Below are positions 1 to 11,519 of a stretch of 64,000 bases of DNA, one piece after another. This stretch comes from Amphiscolops sp. MND2022 (Eukaryota). The notes under the pieces are model-generated. The model saw only the letters and a list, made by a program, of their open reading frames with translations, was not told the origin of the DNA and ran no database searches. Position 1 is the stretch's first letter; each line of letters starts with the position of its first letter. Location: the NCBI GenBank assembly GCA_964187785.1, contig OZ076409.1, positions 12,898,001 through 12,962,000 of the forward strand, written 5' to 3'. A program made the translations under genes and the position numbers.

Positions 1-1495
1 CAAATTATCAAGCAAAAGGCCGGAAAGAGATTTTTGAGGGTTTTACGAAACATTCAATAAAACTTTGTTCACATGAGGCGTGATTTGAGGGTAGTTTAAG
101 TTCATCCCATTTTGACCGAGAAAGTTCCATATCGCACAAGTTTAATATCGGTAATTCTTTTGATTCTAATTTATAAGGGATATATAAGACAATAACAACG
201 CGTGTGGTTTTATCTACACACTTTCTATCGTATCTAAAGCATTTATGAGTTTCAGGAGAAATATCTTAAGTTTTAAATTCAACTTTTTCGGTCAACCATA
301 TTTCAGTTATAGCTAGAACTGTGTTTAGGACAAGATCATTGCTTAAATTTTTTGAGCCATTTTGTTTTTTTTCGAATATCTTGAAAGTTCAGATGTACAT
401 ATTTCAGATAGTTTTTCTTACTCTGAATGATTCACAGAATTGGCGTGAAAGCCATGACAGGGCCCGGATTACGCTCGATATCACCAGACAACAAGAGTAG
501 AAGAAGCACAAGCTCTAAGATCTCTGGATTTTCATTAAAGCACACAATTTTCTGCCTTTTATGAATAGAAGACGACCTCAACAAAGAGTAGGTTTCAGCA
601 ATATTCAAGGAATTTATGCTAACAGTGTTTGCTCTAAGTAGAGCAAGGTGAAAAAGCAGCATGATACAGCGAAACCTAAACTGCATGCATAAAAATTCAT
701 CAGACAAGCTTAACACTGAACAAATGGATAATTATCAGTTGAAGTTTCTCTGATAAGTGTATGATCTCAGATAATTCCAATAACTATTTCCTTTTTGCAT
801 CAGATGTTCACGAGGTACATTGTTTGTGTATTTCAAAATGCGTGAGAGTAAGGTAAACTTCATCAAAGGCAACCCATATTTATAATTGAACAGTATATTG
901 TCGAAAAAAGGATTGTTTGAATTACAAACAGCACATAATCGTTCGTGCAAATGTAAATTGAATATTCCAATTGCTGGATTATCATGATATTTGTAATTCA
1001 ATATGATTTTGAAATTTAGAATTCGTTCCCTGACAGTAACTTCATTTTTTACTGATGGAATTTCGCAAATGAAAATTTTATTCGGCCTAAATTTCCAAGA
1101 TAGTTTCTAAACTAACAGTTTCTGTTTTTCGAAATGATTTTTCACGTTGATACTTCTCTGCTTTATGGCTATTTGTTCCATCGTGGAGAGTTATCGTCCG
1201 TAGTTGTTTGTTTTCGTTGGAGTCCAGTATCTCTGCCTTTTCATCAGTCATTGACCCAGGATAAGCATTGATAGCCTCGTCACGAGGAAAGACGTTTTTG
1301 TTCATTCTACTGATGATGCTCGATCCAATAAAAAGGTTTCTGGATTCGGCAAGTGATCTCGAAATGGACAATATTGTTTTGGTTGGGTTTGATTGTCTTT
1401 CATTTCTGTCACTTTGTTGGTATTTTTCACTTGGTTGATTTTTTGGTTGCGTAATAAGTCATTCAATTTTTTCTCATGGGTATTCAGCCTCATGG
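1..1495 (-). mobile_element. Non-LTR retrotransposon (CR1/L2-like LINE), copy 1: 5'-truncated ORF1 (SGNH esterase), 2A-containing leader, start of APE endonuclease; runs off window edge
   Basis: Close diverged duplicate of 3474-4969 (offset ~3473). ORF pieces IGSS..AYPG..DGTN (SGNH blocks), LLLLSGDIERNPGP, VLAITE.WL. Confidence 0.85.
459..485 (-). other. 2A-like (StopGo ribosomal skipping) motif GDIERNPG-P
   Basis: Matches D(V/I)ExNPGP consensus, preceded by a Leu-rich stretch. Confidence 0.85.
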
Positions 1496-4400
1496 GTAGA
1501 TGTTGCGAATTGTTTATTTTGCTTTTTTGCCAAGGGCCATTTTTTTATATACACTTTTAACTTGAATTTCGAAAGTTAGTTTGTTGTCGATGACAATGTC
1601 TTATTACTTTACTTCATTCTTAAGTTTTGTATAGGAACCGGTGACTCTAAGTTGATTTTTGGATACGGTCGTTTTTCGCGTTGTGAAACGTATGAATTCT
1701 GTTTTAGATGTTAACTAAAACATTCAGAGTTAACTGATTCGACCGAAAGTAGTCTTCTAGGTTTTCAAGATAGATTTGTAAATTCTCAAATGCAATATCA
1801 GGTTTTGGATTCGCTTAGTATATCAAACAGTCAGCGGCGTATGGATAATTCTGCATTCTTCCGAGATATATTTTGTAATATCGTTAATGTAGATGATAAA
1901 AAGTAATTGACCAGTACTGTTCCTTGCAGTACACCTGGAAAGGTTACGATGATGTCAGATACAGTATTATTGACAACAACTTGTTGGCTTCTGTGTGATA
2001 AAAAGCTAAAAATTAGTGTCAGAGCATCGTCATTGAAGCCGATTAGTTTCAGTTTATCCATCAAACGTTGGTGGGATACGGAATCGAATGCTACTGAAAG
2101 ATCTATCCATACTGAATAAAGAGAATCGGTATTGTGCACTTGTTTACGGATCGATTCAGTGAATTAAACGAGAGCATCTTGTGTTGATATTTCTCGCGGA
2201 AACGAAATTGAGAAGGAGACAGAAGTTTATCAGATGATAGGTATTGATTAATTTGTTTATGCAAAAGTTTTTCAAATATTTTTGACAAACTGCTCGTTAT
2301 TTTGTAATGGGTCTGTAATTCAGAGGGTTTTGTGGATCATCTTTTTTATAAAGGTTTAATGGGACCTTTCTTCAAAATTGAGGGCAATTTTTGTTCTTTA
2401 ATCTATTCATTTATAACCATTGTAAGTTGTGGTACAATTTCAGTCATTCCGTCTTTAATAGCCCATGCTGGTATCGATTACGATCCTAGGGGTTTATTGA
2501 TTTTCAAAGGTTTTACGGCATCGAAAACCTCTTTGATGGTGGCTGGTCGGAAACTAAACACTTTTGTTGTAGTTTTGCTTTCGATGATTTTTGGTAATTT
2601 TGTCCATGATAATCACCTAGGTGTGAAAGTGAAAATGTATAGTTCAGTACACTCGCAGTCTTTTTGTCTTCAGTGATTATCTCTCCAAAAGAATTCATTA
2701 GAGCTGATCGTCGCGACTTTTCACTTTTTGTATTGCGCAGGTTGTTGATAATGTTCTCCTGGGTGATTTGAAGGTTTCCAATAAGTTCAAGCTGTAATCA
2801 GATTGCTTTTTAGCTATTAATTCGAAAACTCTGCTCTCAATATTTTGTATTTTTCCCAACGTATAGCATAAGTTTGGTGTTGGTAATGTTTTAGAGCTAT
2901 TGTTCTTTTTTTTTGTAGCAGGCATTTACATTCATCGTCAAACCACTCTGATTTAAGGTGTTTCTCGGGTTTTTGAGTGCGGTTAAAAATTTCTTCGAAG
3001 GAGCGTGCTGCTTCAAAGCTCCAGTTAATAGAGAAACAAAAATGTACAACAAAGAATCATCAGCAATACATTGATTTTACATAAAGCCCTAATCCAGAGA
3101 TCTTAAAGTTGTGCGAAATTCACCCCTATTGAACCTGGGTTTATCAGAAAAAAAATGTTTTTTTTGCTTTTCCATCACTCATCTTTTCACTACTCAAAAG
3201 CATTCAAGCAAATTTGTTTGCTTTGAAGGGTATGTCGAAAACAAAAGAGTTTTGACCATTTTCCGCAATTATGTAATTAATGGGAGTTTCAGAGGTTTTG
3301 CCTACTCTTGTTGGAATTGTTGGGCAACAGACATTCAGTGCGAAATGATTTATGACCGAGTCAAGGTGATTTAGTTCAAGTTTATTTGGGTAATCTATGT
3401 TATAATCCCCCATCAAAACAATGTTAGTTGTCTTAAGCATAGGTACTTCAATACTTTTAGATAAATTATCAAGAAACAGGCCAGAAACGGATTTTGAGGG
3501 TTTTACGAAACATTCAATAAAACTTTGTTCACATGAGAGGTGGCTTGGGGGTAGTTTAAAGTCATCCCATTTTGACCGAGATAGTTCCATATCGCACGAG
3601 TTTATTCCCGGTATTTCTTTTGATTCTAATTTATAAGGGATATATAAGAGAATAACAACACGAGTGGTTTTATCTACACACTTTCTATCGTATCGAAAGC
3701 GTTTTTGAGTTTCAGGAGAAATATCCCAAGTTTTAAATTCATCTTTTTTGGTTAACCATGTTTCAGTTATAGCTAGAACTGTGTTTAGGACAAGATCATT
3801 GCTTAAATTTTTTGGGCCATTTTGTTTTTTTCGATGATCTTGAAAGTTCAGATGTACATATTTCAACATACATGTTTCAGATAGTTTTTCGTACTCTGAA
3901 TGATTCACAGAATTGGCATGAAAGCCATGACAGGGCCCGGATTACGCTCGATATCACCAGACAACAAAAGTAGAAAAAGCACACGCTCTAAAATCTCTGG
4001 ATTTTCATTGAAGCACACAAATTTCTGTCTTTTATGAAAAGAAGACGACTTCAACAAAGAGTAGGTTTCGGCAATATTCAAGGAAGTTATGCTAACAGTG
4101 TTTGCTCTAAGTAGAGCAAGGTGAAAAAGCAGCATGATACAGCAAAACCTAGACTGCATGCATAAAAATTCATCAGACAAGCTTAACACTGAACAAATGG
4201 ATAATTATCAGTTGAAGTTTTTCTGATAAGTGTATGATCTCGGATATTTCCAATAATCATTTCTTTTTTGCACCAGATGTTCACGAGGTACATTGTTTGA
4301 GTATTTCAAAATGTGTCAGAGTAAGGAAAACTTTATCAAGGGCAACCCATATTTATAATTGAACAGTATACTGTCGAAAAAAGGATTGTTTGAATTACAA

Positions 4401-5260
4401 ACAGCACATAATCGTTCGTGCAAATGTAAATTGATTATTCCAATCGCTGGATTATCATGATATTCGTAATTCAATAAGTTATTGAAATTAGAATTCGTTC
4501 CTTGACAGTAACATCATTTTTTACTGATGGAATTTCGCAAATGAAAATTATATGCGGCCTAAATTTCCAAGATAGTTTCTAAACTAACAATTTTTGTTTT
4601 TCGAAATGATTTTTCACGTTGATACTTCTCTGCTTTACCAGGCTATTTGTTCCATCCTGGAGAGTTATCGTCCGTAGTTGTTTGTTTTCGTTGGAGTCCA
4701 GTATCTCTGCCTTTTCATCAGTCATTGACCCAGGATAAGCATTGATAGCCTCATCATGACGGAATACATTTTTGTTCATTCTACTGGTGAGGCTCGATCC
4801 AATAATAAGGTTTCTGGATTCAGCAAGTGATGTCGAAATGGACGAATTTGTAATGGTTGGGTTTGATTGTCTTTCATTTCCGTCACTTCGTTGGTATTTT
4901 TCACTTGGTTGATTTTTTGGTTGCGTAATATGTCACTCAATTTTTTCTCATGGGTATTCAGCCTCATCGAAACATTTTCAAGTCAATTATTGAGTTTGAC
5001 ATATTGTTGGTAATCTTTTTCGAATACGTTGAATTTCTCTTCCGCGTTTCGTTTTTTGAACGTTTTGAAATTGATCATATTTTCCATTGTTTAACAGTGT
5101 TGAAGGTGTATAATTTAACGGTACATCAATAGTTGTTTGACAAACAAGTTGAGTAAATTTTACGATCAAACTTTTGTTGACAAACAAGAAACTGAAAGAT
5201 CAATAAAAGTTGTTAGATTGGCAGCTAAATATGGTAATAGAGTGAAATAAAGCAATTTGA
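1496..5260 (-). mobile_element. Non-LTR retrotransposon (CR1/L2-like LINE), copy 2, decayed: ORF1 (coiled coil + SGNH esterase), 2A leader, APE endonuclease, RT; 3'-truncated
   Basis: APE motifs VLAITETWL, IVLMGDYNID, PTRV in ORF 3204-3908; RT motifs KIFEKLL..QI, IDLSVAFDSVSH, GVLQGTVL in ORFs 2103-2288 and 1831-2139; many frameshifts. Confidence 0.9.
3932..3958 (-). other. 2A-like (StopGo) motif GDIERNPG-P
   Basis: Matches D(V/I)ExNPGP consensus directly upstream of the APE ORF. Confidence 0.85.
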
Positions 5261-5529
5261 AGAACCGACTGTGTCCGACGAAATCTAAATTGGTTGTGAC
5301 CTAAATGGGAGTGTACGCCTTTGATCTAATTGCTTGGGTCTAATGGAACTAGATCTAACTGTTAGGTCTAACTTTCAGATCTAATTTTATCTAAAATACT
5401 TAGGTCTAACCCCTTTATGATCTAATAAGTGGGTGGCTGTAAATATGTCGAATTTTTCTGGTCGAAAAGACAGAGGTCGAACCTTTTGATCGAATTGCAG
5501 GGATCGAATGGAATGCGGTCGAATTTTAT

Positions 5530-7600
5530 CGTATTTGTTGTATGGCTCGGTCGCTTCGCTCCCTTCGCCAAGTAGCAACATTGAGGCATGGCCATATGGC
5601 ACGTCGCTCCGCTTCGCTTCGCTCCTGCATTCAGGGCACTAGGGGTATGTGAGGTAAATGGTCACTTGGCTTAATGCCATTTGGCTTAAAGTCATTTGGC
5701 TTAATACAATTGGTCACTTGGCTTAATTTTTTTAAGCTAAGTGTCTCGGGTATTGGTCACTTGGCTTAAAGTCATTTGACTTAAAACCACTTAGTTAAAA
5801 ACATGTGGCAGATTTTGTCGAATTTATCTTTATAACGTAGTCAGCGTACTATTATAACATGTCATATCAAGTACCCCTCGGATATGTCCCCATTTCCTCT
5901 AGTGCCCTGCGGCCCCTTGGGGCCGCTTATATTCCCATCTTGCTAAGCGAGGTCGAACAGGAGCAAAGACCTAGCGGGAACGAAGATCGCGAAGCGATCG
6001 TAGTGGGAGCTGGTCTTTGCGACGGTGAGGGCGAGCGTGCATACACCGCATATGCCCCACATTATGATATTTTCGTTGACATTTTTATTCCTCGAGTTGG
6101 AATGGAGTTGGCTTAATTTTGTGGTCACTTGGCTTAAAATTTTTAAGCTAAATGACTCGACGAAAAAATTAAGCCAAATGGTAATAAGCCAAGTGACTGG
6201 TAACCGTATGTGAACATATCTGACTACGTTATAAAAATTTCGATCCGAGTTGTTTCGATCCCATTCAAAAGTTTGGTATGTCGGCCTGAGGACTAACTCT
6301 GATTTTCGATCCTGTTCCTTCGACCTATTTCTGCTCACCCCTAATTTGTGTTCTGAAAGCGAAAATATAATGTGGGGCATTCGCGATGTATGCACGCTCG
6401 CCCTCACCGTCGCAAAGACCAGCTCCCACTACGATCGCTTCGCGATCTCCGTTCCCGCTAGGTCTTTGCTCCTGTTCGACCTCGCTTAGCAAGATGCGAA
6501 TTTAAGTGGCCCCAGGGGGCCGCGGTGCACTAGAGGAATTGTGGACATATCCGAGGCACGTTTTTTACTCTATATCACTTTTTAGTTTTAGATCCTCTTT
6601 GACTTATTTTTTTTTCTCAAATTAGAAGAGATTTTCAGACCAGATTATTTAGATCAATTCATTTAGATCTCAGTTTTGCCCCTCTCTTGGATCTATTTCA
6701 TTAGACCTGATTCCACGCACCTGCAAAGACCAGCACCCACTACGATCGCTTCGCGATCTCCGTTCCCGCTAGGTCTTTGCTCCTGTTCGACCTCGCTTAG
6801 CAAGATGGGAATATAAGCGGCCCCAAGGGGCCGCGGGGCACTAGAGGAAATGGGGACATATCCGAGAGGCTACGTGGAATCAGGTCTAAGGAAATAGATC
6901 TAAAAGAGGGGGCAAAACTTTCTCGCCACTTTCTGTTATTTTTGCGCTCAAATTAGAAGAGATTTTTAGACCTGATTATTTAGATCAATTTATTTAGATA
7001 TCAGTTTTGCCCCCTCTCTTAGATCTATTTCATTAGACCTGATTCCACGTAGCCACCTAAATGCAGGAGCTAAGCGAAGCGGCGTGTCATATGCGCGTGC
7101 CTCATTTTTTTCTCTGATCAGAATTGGATCGTCGTCATCAATCAGCGTTTTAAAAAACGCTTCTTTGTTCATCATGTGCCCCAGCCCGGGCGACAGACAA
7201 AAAAATCCAACCAAGATAGGAAACAGAAAGAATTGAGGAACGAGATCATGCAACCTGAGAGTTCAATAAATCAAGGAGATTTCAAAACAGAAACTCAATG
7301 AGGCTCGTAAAAAGGTAACGATAATGAAGCAAAGACAACATACATTTCTTGATGAAACAAAACGGTCATTGAACACAGATTTACAAGTAGAAAAGTTCGC
7401 TTAAGTGGTCTTCGTCCCGAACCGTTCCAACTAAACTGGCCGCATTGCCTGCCTGGATTGCGAGAGAGAGAGTCTCTGCCTGAAAAACGACCCGGCTCTA
7501 TTTTCCTGGTTGAACACGCACAATTTTTTACACAGGTTCTTCATGCCTCAATGTTGCTACTTGGCGAAGGGAGCGAAGCGACCGAGTCATACAACAAGTA
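5530..7600. repeat. Nested inverted-repeat (foldback/MITE-like) cluster
   Basis: 5876-6075 is the reverse complement of 6360-6556, with a third copy at 6722-6866; 5530-5590 is the reverse complement of 7541-7600; 5593-5635 is the reverse complement of ~7056-7093; GGTCACTTGGCTTAA micro-repeats at 5660-5790 and 6110-6200. Confidence 0.85.
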
Positions 7601-7867
7601 TGCAAATTTTTTCAAATAAATCGACATTGGCTGTTACAACAATATTGTTTCAACACATTGGCTGTTACAGCACTAAAAGCTTGTAATTTGAATTCTGTTG
7701 TATGGGGCAAAGTTTTCATTTTCTGCTGTATGAATAGGCACCATGTTAACGTACAAAGTTTGGCTTGCAAAAAAGCGGAGGAGTTAAAACGTTTCTTATA
7801 TCCAAATGTTTCTTCTATTCGAGTTCGGCTGTAGTGAACAATATATATCCGCTTTTGGTTTTCAGGA

Positions 7868-8365
7868 ATGGATTATGGGAACATATTGGGCGAATACCGG
7901 TGCACTGCAATGGAAAATTCTGTAGACTATTGTCGTAGTCTCAATATCAATTCATTTCTTGTGAAACTTCTTCCAGCTGCTCCTATGCCGTATATGACAT
8001 TGTCTCATGATGATGATACCTTTGAGTACACCTTTCACGGTATGATGAAAGTTGGTCCGTTCCATTTTGATGACATATATAAATTCAAAACAGATGGAAG
8101 TAAGTTCAACCTCCGTATCACTCCGAAACTTTTTGGAATGGCTGAGGCGCGTTGGAGGGATACTGCTTTGATTTTTGATGTGCATTCAATACCTGACGGA
8201 AGTGCTGCAACAATCCCAGCCAATCATCGAATTGAGATTAAGTATTACAAATTAGACCCAAACACGTTAATAGCTGAGCATGTTTTGATGGATGAAGTTA
8301 GTGGCAGTCAGATCTCTTGGCAGAAAATAACATGGAGCAGGTTGTCGTCAATTTTTTGTACATGA
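7868..8365 (+). CDS. Divergent fatty-acid-binding protein / intracellular lipid-binding (calycin) family protein, 165 aa
   Basis: Intact ORF; N-terminus ILGEYRCTAMENSVDYCRSLNI...P..TLSHDDDTF follows the FABP pattern G.Y....SENF..Y...LG....P...I..DGD.F; TTTTCAG acceptor just before the ATG; AATAAA at 8881. Confidence 0.6.
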   Translation: MDYGNILGEYRCTAMENSVDYCRSLNINSFLVKLLPAAPMPYMTLSHDDDTFEYTFHGMMKVGPFHFDDIYKFKTDGSKFNLRITPKLFGMAEARWRDTALIFDVHSIPDGSAATIPANHRIEIKYYKLDPNTLIAEHVLMDEVSGSQISWQKITWSRLSSIFCT

Positions 8366-10451
8366 GAATCAAAACAGACCATTTTTTCTTCATTTCTCCA
8401 ACGTGTTGGCTCTTGAGGATTTCTCGAAGCTTATATAATTGGAGTTTTGGAAACTTTGAAAGCTCTTCCATCATTTCCGTTCCAAAGAAAAATGACCTCG
8501 TCTTCCAAATGGCTAACTCATTCACTGAGTTGAGCGAAGTTGTATGTTGCAACTCATGGCTTTAGTCATCATGCTTTAGTGCTGCCAAAATTGATTAAAG
8601 CTTGAACCACAAAAATACACCAAATAACTGCAAACTTGACTTAAAAATTCTTATGTCTCTACTGCACTTTTTTTATTGATTACACAATGTAGAGAAACTT
8701 TAATTGGTTGGAAAGTTTCGCGTCGCTGGTGCTCACATAGGTGCTTAAACAAGCATATTTTCCATTCGATATATGTTTTGCTCTGAATTTATAGTTTCTT
8801 GTTGTGTTTCCGCTTTATCCATAAATGAGCCACTGTAGCTAATGTTATATATTTTTTGCATATCCAACCGAATTCATTTGAATAAATTCTTTGTTACTTG
8901 TTTTCACGCCTTCAAATCAAAATCCGATCTTTTGAAAAAAAGGTGTGATGAGTTTCTCTGTTTGACGGAAGCTGTGAGATCTCCTTAAAAATTCCTATCA
9001 ACTGGAAGTGATTGCCGAATTTTATTTACATTGGCTTCACTATAAGAATGCCACTGAATATTTCCAGTTTTTCTACAACATACTAAGTCTTCGCTCGTGT
9101 CTTACATAATATATCTGTCTCTCGGTGAATTGCCGCTTCCTGAATAGTCGAGGAAAATAACTCCATGAAAGTTCGACGAACTTCTTTCCATCTGTGGGAA
9201 GTATTCACAAACGCGGCTATTCTCACCGTTGTATGACTTTGACAAATGCTATTCAAATTAATTTTCAAAAGTCACACGAAATAAATTTAATTTAGCTTTT
9301 TTTCAGCTTTTGTGAGTATGAGTACTCTAGAGTTTAGCGGCGGAGAGGTGGTCTCAAAGTTAGAGGCAAATTTTTCGTACTCATTTTTGAGGGGTCGAAT
9401 AAGTAGTTGAGGATTCGAACATGAGTGCCTTTTTTTATTACAGAAGTATCATTATTATCGGGTTGGGGAGTTGCGTTTTTTTCGGGGGGGGGGGGGGGTG
9501 TTTGGGGGACAGTACCAGCCCCGCCGTAATTGAGCACTACAGAGTAACAACATGGAGCAGCTACAGAAAAGTAGCTACATGAAGCAGCTACCTCAGTATG
9601 AGTGAACTATGTACAAGATGTTAACGAGAAACTGTTGCTAACATGCAAAACTTCAAACTACGTTGACGTTGTGATGAGCTCAACTGTTCTAGTCGAACAT
9701 TTTCTGGCAAAAGAAGTCCTCTTATTTTCCATGAACAGGTAGATTAGTTGGAAGCCTTCCTAGTGTTTTGTAATTTTGATAATTTGATCCGTTGGTTATG
9801 AATGAAGACGCCTGCTTAGCCTCGGGATTTTTTCCACCAACAATTATTTTAGCATTTTTAAGGATGGATCGAGCTTAGCCTATACACTACGAAACTTGCG
9901 CATAAAGTTCCTAGAATTTAAAATTTCTGACACTTGTTCATTTCAGGCACCTTTTCTTGATAAAACTTCGCTATGTTCAGTTACTCACAAAAGTATGCAA
10001 TGTATCCTATCCTTCTCTTCAATCTTCGTCTCCGACAAAAACAATCCAAAGCTGCGTAAAAAGGTCGATTTTATTTGGCTTTCTAGGGCATTATTTTTGA
10101 AAAATTTGCCATTTAAAAATGCTGGGTACCTAATTCTCCAATATTTGCGAATATTAATGCCCTCGAAAACAATCAAATTCGCAACAAAGTAGCCTAGAAC
10201 GGCCGAAAAATTGAATTTTCTCGCTACTTAATGAAAGTTTGAACGAACCTAGTTTCATGGTAGTTGAATTCTGTAGATGAACCTCTATCCTTTGGATATA
10301 AAATTTGAACTTTGCCAAATTTGGGCAAAAAATGCAAGTAATTTTTGTTTCCCATATGGAGATATGGGCTGCAAATGACAACTTTTATAGCTTGTTGCAA
10401 AATAAGATTCCTGACAACATAGATATTTGATGTCGACCTTTTTAGAACAGA

Positions 10452-10527
10452 ATGTCACTGGTTGCCAAGAGCTTCGCCATGCCTTTCATCACAGGATTCG
10501 TCCTTCTCTTGTCTTGCATGTCTCAGT
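10452..10527 (+). CDS. SDF2L1: Stromal cell-derived factor 2-like protein, exon 1 (signal peptide)
   Basis: MSLVAKSFAMPFITGFVLLLSCMSQ then T|GTAAGT; phase 1 joins exactly to AT at 15165 (Y-LASIQYVTCGS). Confidence 0.75.
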
Positions 10528-10900
10528 GTAAGTTGGATTCTATTAATCTTGCTCGGTAATTCGAATCATGTTCAACAAATTACCGGTCCAGTCGTCGTTT
10601 TTATTTATCCCGTCCATGTGCTATGGGCAATTTGATAGTTTTCTATTCTTTTTTAGTTGGGGGATTAAACACATTAGCGGAAAGTGCGCGACTCTGGGAA
10701 TTTACCGAACCGTTTGAATATTTCCTGGAGTTTGAAGTATCTTTTTCTCTCAGACTGCTCCGTGTAAATCTTGGATGATGACATTTTGTGGGTGCTTGTA
10801 GTTGCGACTAAAACCCCTTGACTCTTAGTCTTCAAAAATAGACTCAATGCGACGAAACAGAAAGAAGAACATGTGAATTCCCATTGATATGTTGTACAAA

Positions 10901-11509
10901 AACATAAGCCGGGATCGGCATAAGTCGGTGCCATATCTAAGGCTCAAAATAGCAAAAGGACGTCAAAGTGTCAAGTATTCTTTTACAGTACCTGAAAGTG
11001 TCAAGTATTCTTTCACAGTACAAAAGTTGGGCCAAATTAGCACGCCGGGGCCCGCTAGCGGGCTCCAGGCACGCTAAAAGGGGGGACCCTGTCGAAGTTT
11101 TGAACATCCATTGTTGTCAAATTTCAAAACAATTGAAGGGGGACCATTTGGGTAAAAAGTTCTCACAATGCCGGAAAAAAACTGAAAGGGGGACAATTTG
11201 GGTTTTTTCAACATGTATGCTGTCTCAAAACATCGAGAAAATTGGAGGGGGGCCCTTTGGCAGAAATTTTTTTCGGAAAAGTCTCACAATGCCGAAAACT
11301 GAAAGGGGGACCCTGTAGTCTCTCTCGATATTGTATGTTACGCGGAAAAAGAAGAAAAACCTTTCTGGTTCAGTTCACTAGGCCAAATGATTCAATTTGG
11401 GACCACAAAATTTCGTTGAACTTTTAAGAACTATTTTGGCCAGTTCGTGTGGATTAAAAAAGAGTCACTATAATAGTCGCGTTTCACTTCATGAAGCGCC
11501 GACTAAAAA
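10901..11509 (-). mobile_element. Non-autonomous Helentron-like element (HINE/DINE-1-type), apparently complete
   Basis: On - strand: TTTTTAGTCGGCGC start inside a palindrome; 3' subterminal inverted copy GGCACCGACT, then stem-loop GCCG-ATCC-CGGC and a T-tract; homologous to 62967-63638. Confidence 0.7.
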
Positions 11510-11519
11510 CATGACATGT

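Noticed and set aside
5859..6489. ORFs 5859-6116, 5943-6407, 6025-6213 and 6250-6489 as paralogous genes
   Set aside because: Their similarity is a by-product of the inverted repeat arms
9484..9498. Poly-G tract and the Pro-run ORF 9334-9537
   Set aside because: Simple homopolymer; no splice or homology support for coding
10968..11427. Recurrent KVSQCRKKLKGG-type ORFs (also 27257-27550, 63221-63598)
   Set aside because: Chance frames in the non-coding Helentron-like repeat; frames are not conserved between copies
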